Part shown: piece by piece, positions 35,005 through 46,560 of the stretch
Layout of the letters: each line of letters begins with the position of its first letter
Position numbering within the stretch: position 1 is the first letter of the stretch
From: Pseudomonadota bacterium
Lineage (GTDB): Bacteria > Pseudomonadota > Alphaproteobacteria > Rhodobacterales > Rhodobacteraceae
Assembly (NCBI GenBank): GCA_039193985.1
Contig: JBCCWG010000003.1
Coordinates: forward strand, 12 to 64,011
DNA: 64,000 bases
Direction of reading: 5' to 3'
The notes under the pieces: model-generated
Seen by the model: only the letters and a program-made list of their open reading frames with translations
What the model was told of the DNA's origin: nothing
Database searches by the model: none
Translations under genes and position numbers: made by a program

Positions 35005-35066
35005 TTATCATCGGCTTTCAAATATGCCGGGGTGAATTGCCCGCAGGGCAAGAGGGGCAGCGCCCC
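35005..35066 (-). repeat. REP-like intergenic repeat, copy C (inverted relative to copy A)
   Basis: ttatcatcggctttcaaatatgccggggtgaattgcccgcagggcaagaggggcagcgcccct. About 24/29 identical to copy D over the core. Ends at the pdxJ stop codon. Confidence 0.55.
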
Positions 35067-35813
35067 TTACTTCGCCCGGGCTTCATCCATCAGCCGCCGC
35101 ATCTGACGGATCGAAGCATCGAGGCCCAGAAAGATCGCCTCGCCGATCAGGTAATGCCCGATGTTCAGCTCGACCACTTGCGGCAGTGCCGCGACGGGCT
35201 GCACGCAGTCGTAAGTCAGCCCGTGTCCCGCATGCACCTCAAGCCCAAGTTCATGGGCAAAGCGCGCCATCTCGGTCAGCCGCCGCAATTCTGCATCGCG
35301 TTCCTCGAATTGCCCTTCCGCATGCGCATCGCAATAGGCGCCGGTATGCAGCTCGACCACCTCGGCCCCGATCCGGTGCGCTGCTTCGATCTGACGGGCA
35401 TCGGCGGCGATAAAGATCGAGACACGGCACCCCGCGTCGCGCAGCGGTGCGATGAAATGCGCCAGCCGGTTTTCGTCGCGCGCCACCTCGAGCCCGCCCT
35501 CGGTGGTGCGTTCCTCACGCTTTTCCGGCACAATGCAGACCGCATGCGGCTTGTGGCGGAGCGCGATGGCTTGCATCTCATCAGTCGCGGCCATCTCGAA
35601 GTTCAGGGGCAGCGACAGCGCCTCCATCAGCGCTTCGATGTCGGTGTCGGTGATGTGACGGCGGTCTTCACGCAAATGTGCTGTGATGCCGTCAGCCCCT
35701 GCATCTTCGGCCATTTTGGCAGCGCGCACAGGGTCTGGCGCAGAGCCGCCGCGCGCGTTTCGCACGGTTGCCACGTGATCGATATTGACACCCAGTCGGA
35801 GCTTTGTCCCCAT
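35067..35813 (-). CDS. pdxJ: Pyridoxine 5'-phosphate synthase
   Basis: [47 protein letters not shown] and EVHAGHGL are hallmark PdxJ blocks. Confidence 0.95.
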   Translation of the reverse strand: MGTKLRLGVNIDHVATVRNARGGSAPDPVRAAKMAEDAGADGITAHLREDRRHITDTDIEALMEALSLPLNFEMAATDEMQAIALRHKPHAVCIVPEKREERTTEGGLEVARDENRLAHFIAPLRDAGCRVSIFIAADARQIEAAHRIGAEVVELHTGAYCDAHAEGQFEERDAELRRLTEMARFAHELGLEVHAGHGLTYDCVQPVAALPQVVELNIGHYLIGEAIFLGLDASIRQMRRLMDEARAK

Positions 35814-35894
35814 GGTCTCTCTTTCATCTCGAAGTTCGCCGCCACGTTAGGCAAGCGTCGCCGAACTGTCCATTGATCCGGCCAAGGGGGCCAC

Positions 35895-36749
35895 GTGGCG
35901 CGCATTCTCGTTTTGACAACCCTGACCATGGTCGCGTTTGCAGCCAATTCGCTTTTGAACCGCGCGGCACTGGTCGATGGCGACACGGGACCGGCAGCCT
36001 TTGCGGCGTTGCGTCTGATCTCGGGCGCGATCTGTCTCTCTGCGCTGGTCACGATGCGGGGCGGGTTGCCACGCCTTTGGGGCAGACAACGCGCTGTCGG
36101 CGCCGGATCGTTGTCGCTCTATGTCCTCGGGTTTTCCTTTGCTTACGTTGCACTCGACGCAGGCGTCGGGGCGTTGATCCTGTTTGGCATGGTACAACTG
36201 ACCATGTTCGGCGGCGCCTTGGCAGGGGGCGACCGTCCGCACTCGGCCCGTTGGATCGGGTCAGCGCTTGCGTTGATTGGCCTCGCGGGTCTGGTCTGGC
36301 CGGGCGCGTCCGCTGCCCCTGCCCTGTTTGCTGCGGCTCTCATGGCAGCAGCTGGGTTGGGCTGGGGCGTCTATTCCCTTGCCGGGCGGGGTGCGGTCGA
36401 CCCGCTGAAGGAGACTGCGGCCAATTTTCTCTGCGCCAGCCCGCTGGCCTTGCTCGTCTGGCTGGCCATGCCGGACGGGGTGACAACCGAGGGCGCCATC
36501 CTTGCTGTGGTGTCGGGCGCGCTGACCTCCGGTCTCGGCTATGCGCTTTGGTACAGCCTGCTGCCACGGCTTGACGCGACGGTCGCAGCACTGACCCAAC
36601 TGACGGTCCCGGTCATCGCGGTGGCGGGCGGCGTTCTGTTTCTGGCCGAGCCGCTGACCTTGCGCGTCGCCTTGGCAAGCGCCGTGATCCTGGGCGGGGT
36701 CGCCTATGGCATTCTGGGTCAGCGCAGGATCGGCTCAAGCGGGTCGTAG
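35895..36749 (+). CDS. EamA/DMT-family transporter
   Basis: GTG start. 284 aa, about 10 TM helices in two EamA-like halves. Confidence 0.8.
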   Translation: MARILVLTTLTMVAFAANSLLNRAALVDGDTGPAAFAALRLISGAICLSALVTMRGGLPRLWGRQRAVGAGSLSLYVLGFSFAYVALDAGVGALILFGMVQLTMFGGALAGGDRPHSARWIGSALALIGLAGLVWPGASAAPALFAAALMAAAGLGWGVYSLAGRGAVDPLKETAANFLCASPLALLVWLAMPDGVTTEGAILAVVSGALTSGLGYALWYSLLPRLDATVAALTQLTVPVIAVAGGVLFLAEPLTLRVALASAVILGGVAYGILGQRRIGSSGS

Positions 36750-37165
36750 TACGCAGGCGCCCCGGTCGGCCCCCAGGCGACATCCGGCAGACTATCGGGC
36801 TTGAAGCGCTTTGACCCCAGTTCGGCCTGCGTCAGCCAATGACGCTCGGTCACGATCCCCTCGGGGTCGGTCCAGTCGCCATAGGGATCGCCCGCAAGGA
36901 TATCGCAGCGGAAATAGACATCGACCTGGTGAAACGTCCCGTCGGGGTCGTGAAATTCGTTGACCAGTGCCACCTCGCCCACCGAGACCGTCAGCCCGGT
37001 TTCTTCGTGCACCTCGCGGATCACATTGTCGCTGAGCGAGGCGTGGCGTTCGACCCCGCCGCCCGGCGCACAGAGCAGGTCACTTTTTCCACCGGGCCAG
37101 GCGTTCACCATCAAAAGGCGGTCGTCCAACAGGATGAGGCCCCGCACCGCAACACGCAGGCTCAT
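36719..37165 (-). CDS. NUDIX hydrolase
   Basis: Nudix box GGGVERHASLSDNVIREVHEETGL. Overlaps the purK stop (ATGA-type junction). Confidence 0.8.
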   Translation of the reverse strand: MSLRVAVRGLILLDDRLLMVNAWPGGKSDLLCAPGGGVERHASLSDNVIREVHEETGLTVSVGEVALVNEFHDPDGTFHQVDVYFRCDILAGDPYGDWTDPEGIVTERHWLTQAELGSKRFKPDSLPDVAWGPTGAPAYYDPLEPILR

Positions 37166-38256
37166 CGGTCGGTCGCCGGTCCGGTGACCCGCGTCACGTG
37201 ACCCATCTTGCGGCCCACGCGTGCCTCGGCCTTGCCGTAAAGATGCAGTCGCGCGCCGGTTTCCTGTGCGATCTTAGGCGTTTGCGCGATGTCATCCCCG
37301 ATCAGATTGGTCATCACCACATCGGAATGGCGCACCGGGTCGACCAGCGGCCAACCGGCAATGGCGCGGACATGCTGTTCGAACTGGTCGATGACGGCGC
37401 CCGCTTCGGTCCAGTGGCCCGAGTTGTGGACGCGCGGTGCGATTTCGTTGACGATCAGCTTATCGCCGGTCTGAAACAATTCGACCCCAAGCACACCGAC
37501 ATAGTCGAGGGCGGCCAGGATGGTGCCAGCGATGCCAAAGGCGCGTTCACGAGTGTCGCGATCGATGGCCGCCGGAACCGTGGTCGTGTGCAGGATTCCG
37601 TCCTTGTGGACATTTTCGCCCGGCTCAAAACAGGCGATCCGGTCGTCCATGCCACGCGCGGCGATGACGCTGATTTCCCGTTCGAAAGACACGAACCCTT
37701 CGAGGATCGCTTCAGCCCCCGACATGGCTTCAAGTGCGGCTTGCGCGTCATGCGTGTCGCCGATCCGCGCCTGCCCCTTGCCGTCATAGCCCAGCCGTCG
37801 GGTCTTGAGGATCGCGGGCATGCCTACCTCGGCCAACGCTTGCGCCAGGCGCGCGGCGGCGTCGCCTTCGCCCGCGTCGACCGGGGCGAAGGCCGCGACC
37901 TGCAGGCCGATATCCTGCAGAAACTGTTTCTCCGTCAGCCGATCCTGACTGACCGCCAGTGCGCGGCGATTGGGGCGGAAAGGCACCAGTGCTTCGATCT
38001 GGTCGAGCGCATTTGCGGGCACGTTTTCAAACTCGTAAGTGACCACGTCAACCGCTCGCGCAAAGGCTTCGAGCGTCTCGCTATCGTCATAGCCCGCGGT
38101 GGTCAGCGTGCCCGCAACCTCACCCGCGGGGGCGGCACCCGGCTCGAACACATGCGTGTGAAACCCAAGGCGCGCCGCCGCCATCGCCAGCATGCGACCG
38201 AGTTGCCCGCCACCCAGAATGCCAATGGTCTGGCCGGGGCGCAGCGGCTCACTCAT
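37162..38256 (-). CDS. purK: 5-(carboxyamino)imidazole ribonucleotide synthase
   Basis: [17 protein letters not shown] and ATP-grasp blocks ([39 protein letters not shown]). Confidence 0.95.
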   Translation of the reverse strand: MSEPLRPGQTIGILGGGQLGRMLAMAAARLGFHTHVFEPGAAPAGEVAGTLTTAGYDDSETLEAFARAVDVVTYEFENVPANALDQIEALVPFRPNRRALAVSQDRLTEKQFLQDIGLQVAAFAPVDAGEGDAAARLAQALAEVGMPAILKTRRLGYDGKGQARIGDTHDAQAALEAMSGAEAILEGFVSFEREISVIAARGMDDRIACFEPGENVHKDGILHTTTVPAAIDRDTRERAFGIAGTILAALDYVGVLGVELFQTGDKLIVNEIAPRVHNSGHWTEAGAVIDQFEQHVRAIAGWPLVDPVRHSDVVMTNLIGDDIAQTPKIAQETGARLHLYGKAEARVGRKMGHVTRVTGPATDR

Positions 38257-38734
38257 CGACCGGCACCTCGGGGATCGAGGCGGTTAAATCGGCGCGCCAC
38301 TGATCGACGCGATCGGCCAACGCCCCATCCGTCATCGCCAGTATCTGCGCGGCCATCAGCCCGGCATTCATTGCGCCTGATGCCCCGATGGCCATGGTCG
38401 CGACGGGAAAACCGCGCGGCATCTGCAAGATCGAATATAGGCTGTCGACGCCCTTGAGCGCCCGCGTCTCGACCGGCACACCGATCACCGGGACGCGCGT
38501 CTTTGACGCCATCATGCCCGGCAAATGCGCCGCACCGCCGGCCCCGGCAATAATCACCTGAAGCCCACGCTCAACGGCCGCTTTGCCATAATCCCAAAGC
38601 CGGTCGGGCGTGCGATGTGCAGAAACAATCCGCACTTCATGGGCGACACCCAGTGTATCGAGGATTTCGGCAGCGGGTTTCAGCGTTGCCCAGTCCGACT
38701 GGCTGCCCATGATGATCCCGACCTGTGGCGCCAT
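38249..38734 (-). CDS. purE: 5-(carboxyamino)imidazole ribonucleotide mutase
   Basis: ATG at 38734 preceded by [29 protein letters not shown] and [14 protein letters not shown]. The ORF track's 38746 start is an upstream TTG. Confidence 0.95.
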   Translation of the reverse strand: MAPQVGIIMGSQSDWATLKPAAEILDTLGVAHEVRIVSAHRTPDRLWDYGKAAVERGLQVIIAGAGGAAHLPGMMASKTRVPVIGVPVETRALKGVDSLYSILQMPRGFPVATMAIGASGAMNAGLMAAQILAMTDGALADRVDQWRADLTASIPEVPVDE

Positions 38735-38784
38735 GGGCCCCTCCAACCTGTTCGCATCCTACCTAGCGGGCACGCCGAGGGGCC

Positions 38785-39003
38785 TCAAGCGATGATGTCG
38801 GGGGTCAACCTGTCTTCGAGCGCCGCGATCCGATCCTTGAGCATCAGTTTCTGCTTCTTCAGTCGCCGCACCGCCAACGGATCTGTCCCGCGTTCGGCCA
38901 AAGCTTCAATGGCGGCATCAAGGTCGCGATGCTCGCCCTTTAAAGCCTCAAGCTTGATGCGCAGAACCTCCTCCGGTTCCATCTGTGTGGATCTTGTCGT
39001 CAT
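38785..39003 (-). CDS. DUF465 (YdcH-like) small coiled-coil protein
   Basis: 72 aa from the ATG at 39003: RIKLEALKGEHRDLDAAIEAL....RLKKQKLMLKDRIAALE is typical DUF465. The upstream part of ORF ..39297 is judged non-coding. Confidence 0.6.
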   Translation of the reverse strand: MTTRSTQMEPEEVLRIKLEALKGEHRDLDAAIEALAERGTDPLAVRRLKKQKLMLKDRIAALEDRLTPDIIA

Positions 39004-39069
39004 ATCCTGCAGCGCTGTGAACTCCGCACAATCTAAGCCGAAACATCCACTCGGCAAAGCGCTATTGCC

Positions 39070-39097
39070 CTTGTGAGACAGCCAAAAGCCCCCATAT
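39070..39097 (+). promoter_or_regulatory. Sigma-32 (RpoH)-type heat-shock promoter for hsp20-DUF1150
   Basis: CTTGTGA-N13-CCCCATAT against the consensus CTTGAAA-N13-15-CCCCATNT, about 60 bp upstream of the hsp20 ATG. Confidence 0.5.
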
Positions 39098-39157
39098 GAT
39101 TGTCCAAGGGTTGCTTTCGAGGGCCCTGAATTCGTCGCTTGAGCATAAAGGGCGGAC

Positions 39158-39568
39158 ATGAGCAAACTGAGCCTGGGCACCCATCCCTTTCTTCTGGGGT
39201 TCGACCAACTGGAACGTTTGGTTGAACGTACGGCCAAATCCGAAAACGGATATCCGCCGTACAATATTGAACAAATCGGTGAGAACGCCTTTCGCATTAC
39301 GCTCGCCGTCGCTGGCTTTGCTGACGACGACCTGTCACTGACGGTCGAGGATCGCCAGCTTGTCGTTCGCGGCCAACAGGCCGAGCAGGATGACGGTCGC
39401 GTATTCCTCCATCGCGGGATCGCGGCGCGACAGTTTCAGCGGACTTTCTTGCTGGCCGAGGGCGTGGAAGTTGCCGGCGCGTCCCTCTCAAACGGTCTTT
39501 TGCACATCGACCTGCGGCGTGCCATTCCCGAGCGCGTGGTTCAGTCCATCAAGATACAGAAAGGGTAA
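39158..39568 (+). CDS. Small heat-shock protein (Hsp20/IbpA family)
   Basis: YPPYNIEQIGENAFRITLAVAGF....LSLTVEDRQLVVRG...FLHRGIAARQFQRTF.L is an alpha-crystallin domain. Confidence 0.9.
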   Translation: MSKLSLGTHPFLLGFDQLERLVERTAKSENGYPPYNIEQIGENAFRITLAVAGFADDDLSLTVEDRQLVVRGQQAEQDDGRVFLHRGIAARQFQRTFLLAEGVEVAGASLSNGLLHIDLRRAIPERVVQSIKIQKG

Positions 39569-39572
39569 GACC

Positions 39573-39800
39573 ATGAATACAAAGTATAGTTTCAAGGACA
39601 TTAACAGTGGCAAACTGGTCTATATCCGCCCTGTCACGGTCGCAGACCTTCCGGACGAAGTACGTCAACAGGCGGGCGGACAGGAGCACATTTATGGCGT
39701 GCATTCGCCCGATGGGGCTTGCATTGCCCTGGTCAAGGACCGCAACCTCGCCTTTTCGCTGGCCCGCCAAAACGACCTTGCCCCGGTGGCGGTTCACTAG
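39573..39800 (+). CDS. DUF1150 family small protein (Hsp20-associated)
   Basis: ATG at 39573, in frame with ORF 39360... 75 aa, VYIRPVTVADLPDEV...IYGVHSPDGACIALVKDRNLAFSLARQNDL. Classic neighbour of alphaproteobacterial hsp20. Confidence 0.7.
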   Translation: MNTKYSFKDINSGKLVYIRPVTVADLPDEVRQQAGGQEHIYGVHSPDGACIALVKDRNLAFSLARQNDLAPVAVH

Positions 39801-39899
39801 GTTGAAGGGGGCTTTGGGCACGCCCGTCCGAACCGCACCCGACAACCAAACCTTAAGGAAGGTCTTCTAAGGACAAGCCACCTATCGGAAAGAAGTGGC

Positions 39900-42218
39900 A
39901 TGTCTATCAAACAAAAGATTTCGCTCGCGATGGGCGCCCTGACCCTGCTTCTAGCAATCGTCGGTGGTGCTGCGTCTGTCTTTTCCGAGCGTTTGGCAGA
40001 TAACTATGCGCAGTTTCGTGCAGCTGCACAAACCACATTACTGCTACGCTCGGTAGAGAGCAGCCTCTATGATGCACGAATTGCCACTCTCAACTTTAGA
40101 ACGACCGGTGATCCTTCGCAGGCTGACAGGTTTCGGCAAAGCCTGACTGACCTAAATGAGTCCATGGAACAGCTTCGGGCACTTAGCGACGGCGCTACTT
40201 TTGCAAATGACCTCAGCATGTTGCCCGATCTCATCGACACCTACGGGACTGCGTTTGAAAGAGCTTTGATTGAGCATCAACGCTTCGGGCCAGTCGTCGA
40301 ACGCCTTCAGTCCGCAGGCGAGGCGGCGCGGCAATCTGTTTCGGACGTAATGATCGGGGCCCATCTGCAGGGGAACCGTAGCGCCAGTTTTATAGCCGGG
40401 CGCGCCACCTCAGAGGTCATGCAGGGCGAGTTCTTTCTGGAACGATTTCTTGTCTATAATGACCGTGAGTCACTGGATGCATCGCAGGAGGCGATCGGCA
40501 AGGCGCGTGTGCGCCTTGAAGAATTGCTGGGCACCCTGACTGACCAACGTCAGATCGACCTCACTCAAAATGCCTTGAACGAATTTGCCGCATTCGCAGA
40601 AAACTCAACTCAGGTCGCAAACATTGTCCTTTCGCGCAATGGTCACTACGCCGAGATGGACCGGATCGGACCTGAGTTCACTTCCGCCATCGGCACCGTC
40701 ATGAACGCCACCGAACTGCGTCAAAACACTTTGGGCCCGGCTGGTGCGCAACTGGCAGGAACGATCATTCGGATGGTCGCCGCCGTGGCGGTTGCAGGCG
40801 TTACCCTGGGTCTCCTTCTGACGTTGGGTTTGCGACGCGTGATCCTGCGGCCCATCAATGGCATGACCGACGCGATGACCCGTATGGCCGATGGTGACTT
40901 GGCTACGGAGATTGCGGGGCTGGAGGAAAAACACGAGATTGGCAAGATGGCCCGCGCACTTGCAGTCTTCCGCGACAATACCCGAAAGGGGCGCGAACTC
41001 GCTGAGGAGGCGGAACGGATACGCATCAAGGCGGAGGAAGACCGGCTCGCCGCCGAAGCGCAAGACAAGAAAGCCGAAGCCGAACGTCGCGCTGCAGAGG
41101 AGAAAGCCAAGAAGGCTTCCGCAGAGCGGCTTGCAGAGTTCGAAGCCTTTCAGGATGCGATGGAACACGCCGTTTCAAGCGCTGCGGACGGCGATTTCAG
41201 TGTCAACGTTCCCGAAACCTATACCGAGCAGGGCTTGAACAAGCTGGCAAAACTTTTGAGCACCCTTCTGCGCGATCTGGATAACAGTTTCGATGAAGTC
41301 CTGGGTCGAATGACCTTGTTGTCCGAGGGGCAACTGGACATCAGGATCGAAGGGGACAAGAAGGGCGCGTTCAAAGACTTGCAAGAGCGGTTCAATCAAA
41401 CTGTTCATGCCTTGAAAGAGACGGTCGCGCGCATCGCGGACAACTCAAAATCTGTCGCCGACAACGCGAAGGTCCTGCAGTCCTCCAGCTCGGAAATGGC
41501 GCAGAGGGCCGAAGGCACCTCGGCTTCGGTTGAAGAGACCGCGACGGCAGTGGAAGAAGTCTCGGCGAGCCTTCAAAACGTTGTTGAAAGCGCCAGCAAG
41601 GCGACGGACTCAACCCAGCGCGTCGAAGACAGTGCACGCAAGGGGCGCGACGTCGCCGAAGACACGCGCCACGCCATGGACGACATGACGCGCGCGTCGG
41701 ATCAGATTGGGCGCGTCATCGGGATCATTGAGGAAATTGCTTTCCAGATCAATCTTCTGGCCCTGAACGCCGGGGTGGAAGCCGCCCGTGCTGGCGAAGC
41801 GGGGCGTGGTTTTTCGGTCGTCGCCTCTGAGGTGCGCGCCCTTGCCCAGCGCTCACAGGATGCCGTCCAGGAGATCAATGGGGTTATCGGGGAAAACGTC
41901 TCCTCAGTGAAGCGCAGCGTCGAGCATGTGAAACGCTCGCAGGATGCGCTGGAGCAGATCATTGCCGAGGTCGCAGTGGCGTCGGCACAGATTACCGAAA
42001 TCGCGTCTGCCGTGAAAGAGCAGTCGGTCAGCATTGGCGAGATCAATCGCGCCGTTCAATCGATCGACCAGACAACCCAGTCGGACGCGTCGTCGATCGA
42101 AGAACTGAACGCGCTCAGCCACGTTTTGTTCAGCGATGCTCAGGGGTTGGAGAGTGCGCTGACCGTCTTCAAAAACTCTGCCGAGACCGAACCTTCTGAA
42201 GAGCGTTTGAGCGCCTGA
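39900..42218 (+). CDS. Methyl-accepting chemotaxis protein
   Basis: Two TM helices flank a periplasmic sensor, followed by HAMP, a K/E-rich coiled coil and a conserved signalling hairpin ([44 protein letters not shown]). Confidence 0.9.
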   Translation: MSIKQKISLAMGALTLLLAIVGGAASVFSERLADNYAQFRAAAQTTLLLRSVESSLYDARIATLNFRTTGDPSQADRFRQSLTDLNESMEQLRALSDGATFANDLSMLPDLIDTYGTAFERALIEHQRFGPVVERLQSAGEAARQSVSDVMIGAHLQGNRSASFIAGRATSEVMQGEFFLERFLVYNDRESLDASQEAIGKARVRLEELLGTLTDQRQIDLTQNALNEFAAFAENSTQVANIVLSRNGHYAEMDRIGPEFTSAIGTVMNATELRQNTLGPAGAQLAGTIIRMVAAVAVAGVTLGLLLTLGLRRVILRPINGMTDAMTRMADGDLATEIAGLEEKHEIGKMARALAVFRDNTRKGRELAEEAERIRIKAEEDRLAAEAQDKKAEAERRAAEEKAKKASAERLAEFEAFQDAMEHAVSSAADGDFSVNVPETYTEQGLNKLAKLLSTLLRDLDNSFDEVLGRMTLLSEGQLDIRIEGDKKGAFKDLQERFNQTVHALKETVARIADNSKSVADNAKVLQSSSSEMAQRAEGTSASVEETATAVEEVSASLQNVVESASKATDSTQRVEDSARKGRDVAEDTRHAMDDMTRASDQIGRVIGIIEEIAFQINLLALNAGVEAARAGEAGRGFSVVASEVRALAQRSQDAVQEINGVIGENVSSVKRSVEHVKRSQDALEQIIAEVAVASAQITEIASAVKEQSVSIGEINRAVQSIDQTTQSDASSIEELNALSHVLFSDAQGLESALTVFKNSAETEPSEERLSA

Positions 42219-42223
42219 CATGA

Positions 42224-42251
42224 AAAAAGGGCGCCGAGAGGCGCCCTTTTC
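42224..42251. terminator. Bidirectional rho-independent terminator between the MCP gene and groEL
   Basis: aaaagggcgcc-gaga-ggcgcccttttc, with A-tract and T-tract on either side. Confidence 0.8.
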
Positions 42252-42271
42252 CCGATACGTGAAGCGGCAGC

Positions 42272-43957
<1,686 letters not shown>

Positions 43958-43965
43958 TCAGGCGT

Positions 43966-44277
43966 TCAGGCCGCTTTTGCAGCGCTTGCGCCCTCGATGA
44001 TCCCGAGGATGTCGCTCTCTTTCATGATGAGCAGCTCTTCGCCGTCGACGGTCACTTCGGTGCCCGACCACTTGCCAAAGAGGATACGGTCGCCCGCCTT
44101 GACGTCCATTGCGATCCGATCGCCGTCGTCGTCCTTCGCACCGGCGCCAACTGCCACGACTTCACCCTCAGCGGGCTTTTCCTTGGCATTGTCGGGGATG
44201 ATAAGACCGCCTGCAGTCTTCTCGTCGCTTTCCACGCGGCGAACGAGGACACGGTCATGAAGCGGAGTGAAAGCCAT
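43966..44277 (-). CDS. groS: Co-chaperonin GroES
   Basis: [43 protein letters not shown].... Confidence 0.95.
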   Translation of the reverse strand: MAFTPLHDRVLVRRVESDEKTAGGLIIPDNAKEKPAEGEVVAVGAGAKDDDGDRIAMDVKAGDRILFGKWSGTEVTVDGEELLIMKESDILGIIEGASAAKAA

Positions 44278-44310
44278 TTTGAACGCTCCTTGGTTCAGTT
44301 GTTTCTCCCT

Positions 44311-44337
44311 TTAGCACTCAGGCTGAGCGAGTGCTAA
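44311..44337 (-). promoter_or_regulatory. CIRCE operator (HrcA binding site)
   Basis: TTAGCACTC-N9-GAGTGCTAA, a perfect match to the consensus, about 34 bp upstream of the groES start. Confidence 0.9.
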
Positions 44338-44344
44338 CGGGCGC

Positions 44345-44373
44345 GAGATAGGAAATGCCGGTCAGCGAGTCAA
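44345..44373 (-). promoter_or_regulatory. Sigma-70-like promoter for groESL
   Basis: On the minus strand, TTGACT-N17-TATCTC lies immediately upstream of CIRCE. Confidence 0.4.
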
Positions 44374-44458
44374 CATTTTGCCACAGCTTTCTGCGAAATA
44401 TTTTCTGTCAGGCAACTGTTCCTATATGTCGCCCAGCACCCCAACTGAAGGATTGCCA

Positions 44459-45430
44459 ATGCTTCGCACGTTAATGCCCCTCGCCCTGGCCCTTTTTCCG
44501 CTTGTCGCCCAGGCCCAATCCTGCGGCACTCGCGACCTGATCGCCGAGCTGGACGCCGGCGCGCAGGCCGAACTGGACGCGCTGGTTGCCCTTCACCCAT
44601 TTGCGGAGGGCAATACTTACAGGGCCACCAAGCCGGACAGCACCGTAACGGTCGTAGGCACCCTGCATCTGCCCGACCCGCGCCATGCCGCCACGGTGGA
44701 CGCGGTCCGCCCGGCGGTTGAAAATGCCGATCTGCTCATCCTTGAAGCGTCAAGCGAGGCGCAGGCCGGCATTCAGATGATGACCGCCACAAACCCCGAG
44801 ATGTTCTTTTTGACCGAAGGGCCGACCCTGATCGACCTTTTGACGGAAGAAGAATGGGCAACCCTGAACGATCAGTTGAGCGCATACGGCATTCCCGGCT
44901 TCATGGCCGCCAAGTTTCAACCGTGGTTTCTGGGCATGACCCTGGCTGTTCCGCCCTGCGCGCTTAGCGACATTCAGCAGGGCAAGAAGGGCCTCGATAT
45001 GCTGATCGAAGCTGTTGCGAAGGACGCCAACGTGCCGATTGCCGAACTTGACGACATTGACGCGCTGATGGCGCTGCTTTCCGGCGACCCGCTGGATGAG
45101 CAGATCGAAGGGCTGCGGATGTGGCTGTCGATGAAGGTCGAGGGCGACGCTGAGATGACAACGATGGTCGAGCGGTATTTTCAGGGCAAGGCCCGCGAGG
45201 CGGTCGAGTATTCCCGCCTGATGCTGGAGGAAAAGAACATCCCCGTCGAGCTTTTCGACGAAATGATCGAGGAGCTTCTTGAAAAGCGGAATGCCGCGTG
45301 GGAGCCAAAGATCATCGACCTCGTAGAAGGGAAAGACGCGGTAATCGCCGTCGGTGCCGGGCATCTTTCGGGCGAAAGCGGTGTTCTCAGGGCGCTGGAG
45401 CGTGCCGGATATACGATCACCCGGCTTTGA
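44459..45430 (+). CDS. TraB/GumN family protein (secreted)
   Basis: ATG at 44459 after GAAGGA. Signal peptide MLRTLMPLALALFPLVAQA. Family hallmarks GTLHL...D and VGAGHLSGESGVLRALERAGYTITRL. Confidence 0.75.
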   Translation: MLRTLMPLALALFPLVAQAQSCGTRDLIAELDAGAQAELDALVALHPFAEGNTYRATKPDSTVTVVGTLHLPDPRHAATVDAVRPAVENADLLILEASSEAQAGIQMMTATNPEMFFLTEGPTLIDLLTEEEWATLNDQLSAYGIPGFMAAKFQPWFLGMTLAVPPCALSDIQQGKKGLDMLIEAVAKDANVPIAELDDIDALMALLSGDPLDEQIEGLRMWLSMKVEGDAEMTTMVERYFQGKAREAVEYSRLMLEEKNIPVELFDEMIEELLEKRNAAWEPKIIDLVEGKDAVIAVGAGHLSGESGVLRALERAGYTITRL

Positions 45431-46328
45431 CGCGTTCGGATGCCCGCTGCCGCGAGGCCAGATACTCCCGCCGGAGCGTGTATAGCCCTGTCGCCACGAT
45501 GATTGCCGTGCCAACCCATGTCCAGATATCGGGAAACTGCCCGAAGACAACAAAGCCGTAAAACGTGCCCCAGACGATGAGGGTGTACTGGACGGGTGCG
45601 ACCACGACCGCCATCGCCAGTTCAAGCGCCTTGATGACGCAGATCTCGGCCACCGCGGCCAGCACGGCCACCAGCAGCAACAACAACCATTCCGAGCCGA
45701 TGGGCGTTTTCCAGACAAAGAGCATCGGGACGGTCAACACGGCGATGGAAACGCCCGCAGTGTAGACAATGGTCGTCGCAGTCCGATCACTGTCGGACAG
45801 CGCCCGGCTGATGATCTGGCGCAGGGCGAAAAAGAACGCCGCCAGAACGATCAACCCGGCGGCCGGATGCACAATGCCAAGACCGGGGCGAATGACGATC
45901 AATGCGCCGGCAAACCCCAGGGTCACGGCGACCCAGCGCCTCAATCCCACGGGCTCGCTCAGGATGAGGGCACCCAAAACCGTTACCATGAAGGGCGCCA
46001 CGAAACTGACGGCAACCGCGTCGGCAAGAGCCACGTAGCCCACACCGAAGATGAAAAGCGTTGCAGAACACGCGGCAACAGCGCCGCGAAAGACCTGAAG
46101 CCAGGGATGCGACGTTCTCAAGATTTGCCGCCCATGCACGCCGACGAGAAAGAGCGCAGCAGCCAGCAGGCCAAGCTGCCTTATCCATACGATCTGAAAC
46201 GGATGCAGACTGTCGGTCAGGAACTTTGCCGTGGTGTCGACGGCTGAAAACAGAAACATGCCCAGCGCCATCAGCAACAGGCCCTTGCCGTTCTCAACGC
46301 GGCGCTTGGGAAGGTCCGGTGCCGTCAT
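45417..46328 (-). CDS. EamA/DMT-family transporter
   Basis: ATG at 46328 (MTAPDLPKRRVENGKGLLLMALGMFLFSAVDTTAKFL). 10 TM helices. The upstream 258 codons of ORF ..47102 run antisense to ffh and are rejected. Confidence 0.8.
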   Translation of the reverse strand: MTAPDLPKRRVENGKGLLLMALGMFLFSAVDTTAKFLTDSLHPFQIVWIRQLGLLAAALFLVGVHGRQILRTSHPWLQVFRGAVAACSATLFIFGVGYVALADAVAVSFVAPFMVTVLGALILSEPVGLRRWVAVTLGFAGALIVIRPGLGIVHPAAGLIVLAAFFFALRQIISRALSDSDRTATTIVYTAGVSIAVLTVPMLFVWKTPIGSEWLLLLLVAVLAAVAEICVIKALELAMAVVVAPVQYTLIVWGTFYGFVVFGQFPDIWTWVGTAIIVATGLYTLRREYLASRQRASERVKAG

Positions 46329-46560
46329 GCCAGCATAGGGACCCGCACGAAGACCCGTGGCAAGCGAAGAATGTTGACACGGCCCCTTTGCTGACCTATC
46401 CCCGCGCTGTTCCGGGAGAGCCAAACTCCCGGTCCCAAGCTTGCCTCGGGATCGCCCCCCATCAGCGCGTTGCGCCCATGGGGGCGCTTGTCGTTTGGCA
46501 ATTGGGCGGTCGGTGCTTATCTCGGCCATGTGTTGAAACCGGCTAAAAGGAGCCTGGAGC

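Noticed and set aside
39098-39157. ROSE-like RNA thermometer in the hsp20 5' UTR
   Set aside because: A UUGCU motif is present. However, I could only pair 4 nt with the Shine-Dalgarno region, and the UTR (about 55 nt) is shorter than typical ROSE elements.
46374-46402. TTGACA-N17-TATCCC as the ffh promoter
   Set aside because: The -35 is perfect but the -10 matches only 3/6. It is plausible but not supportable without transcript data, so I did not list it as a feature.
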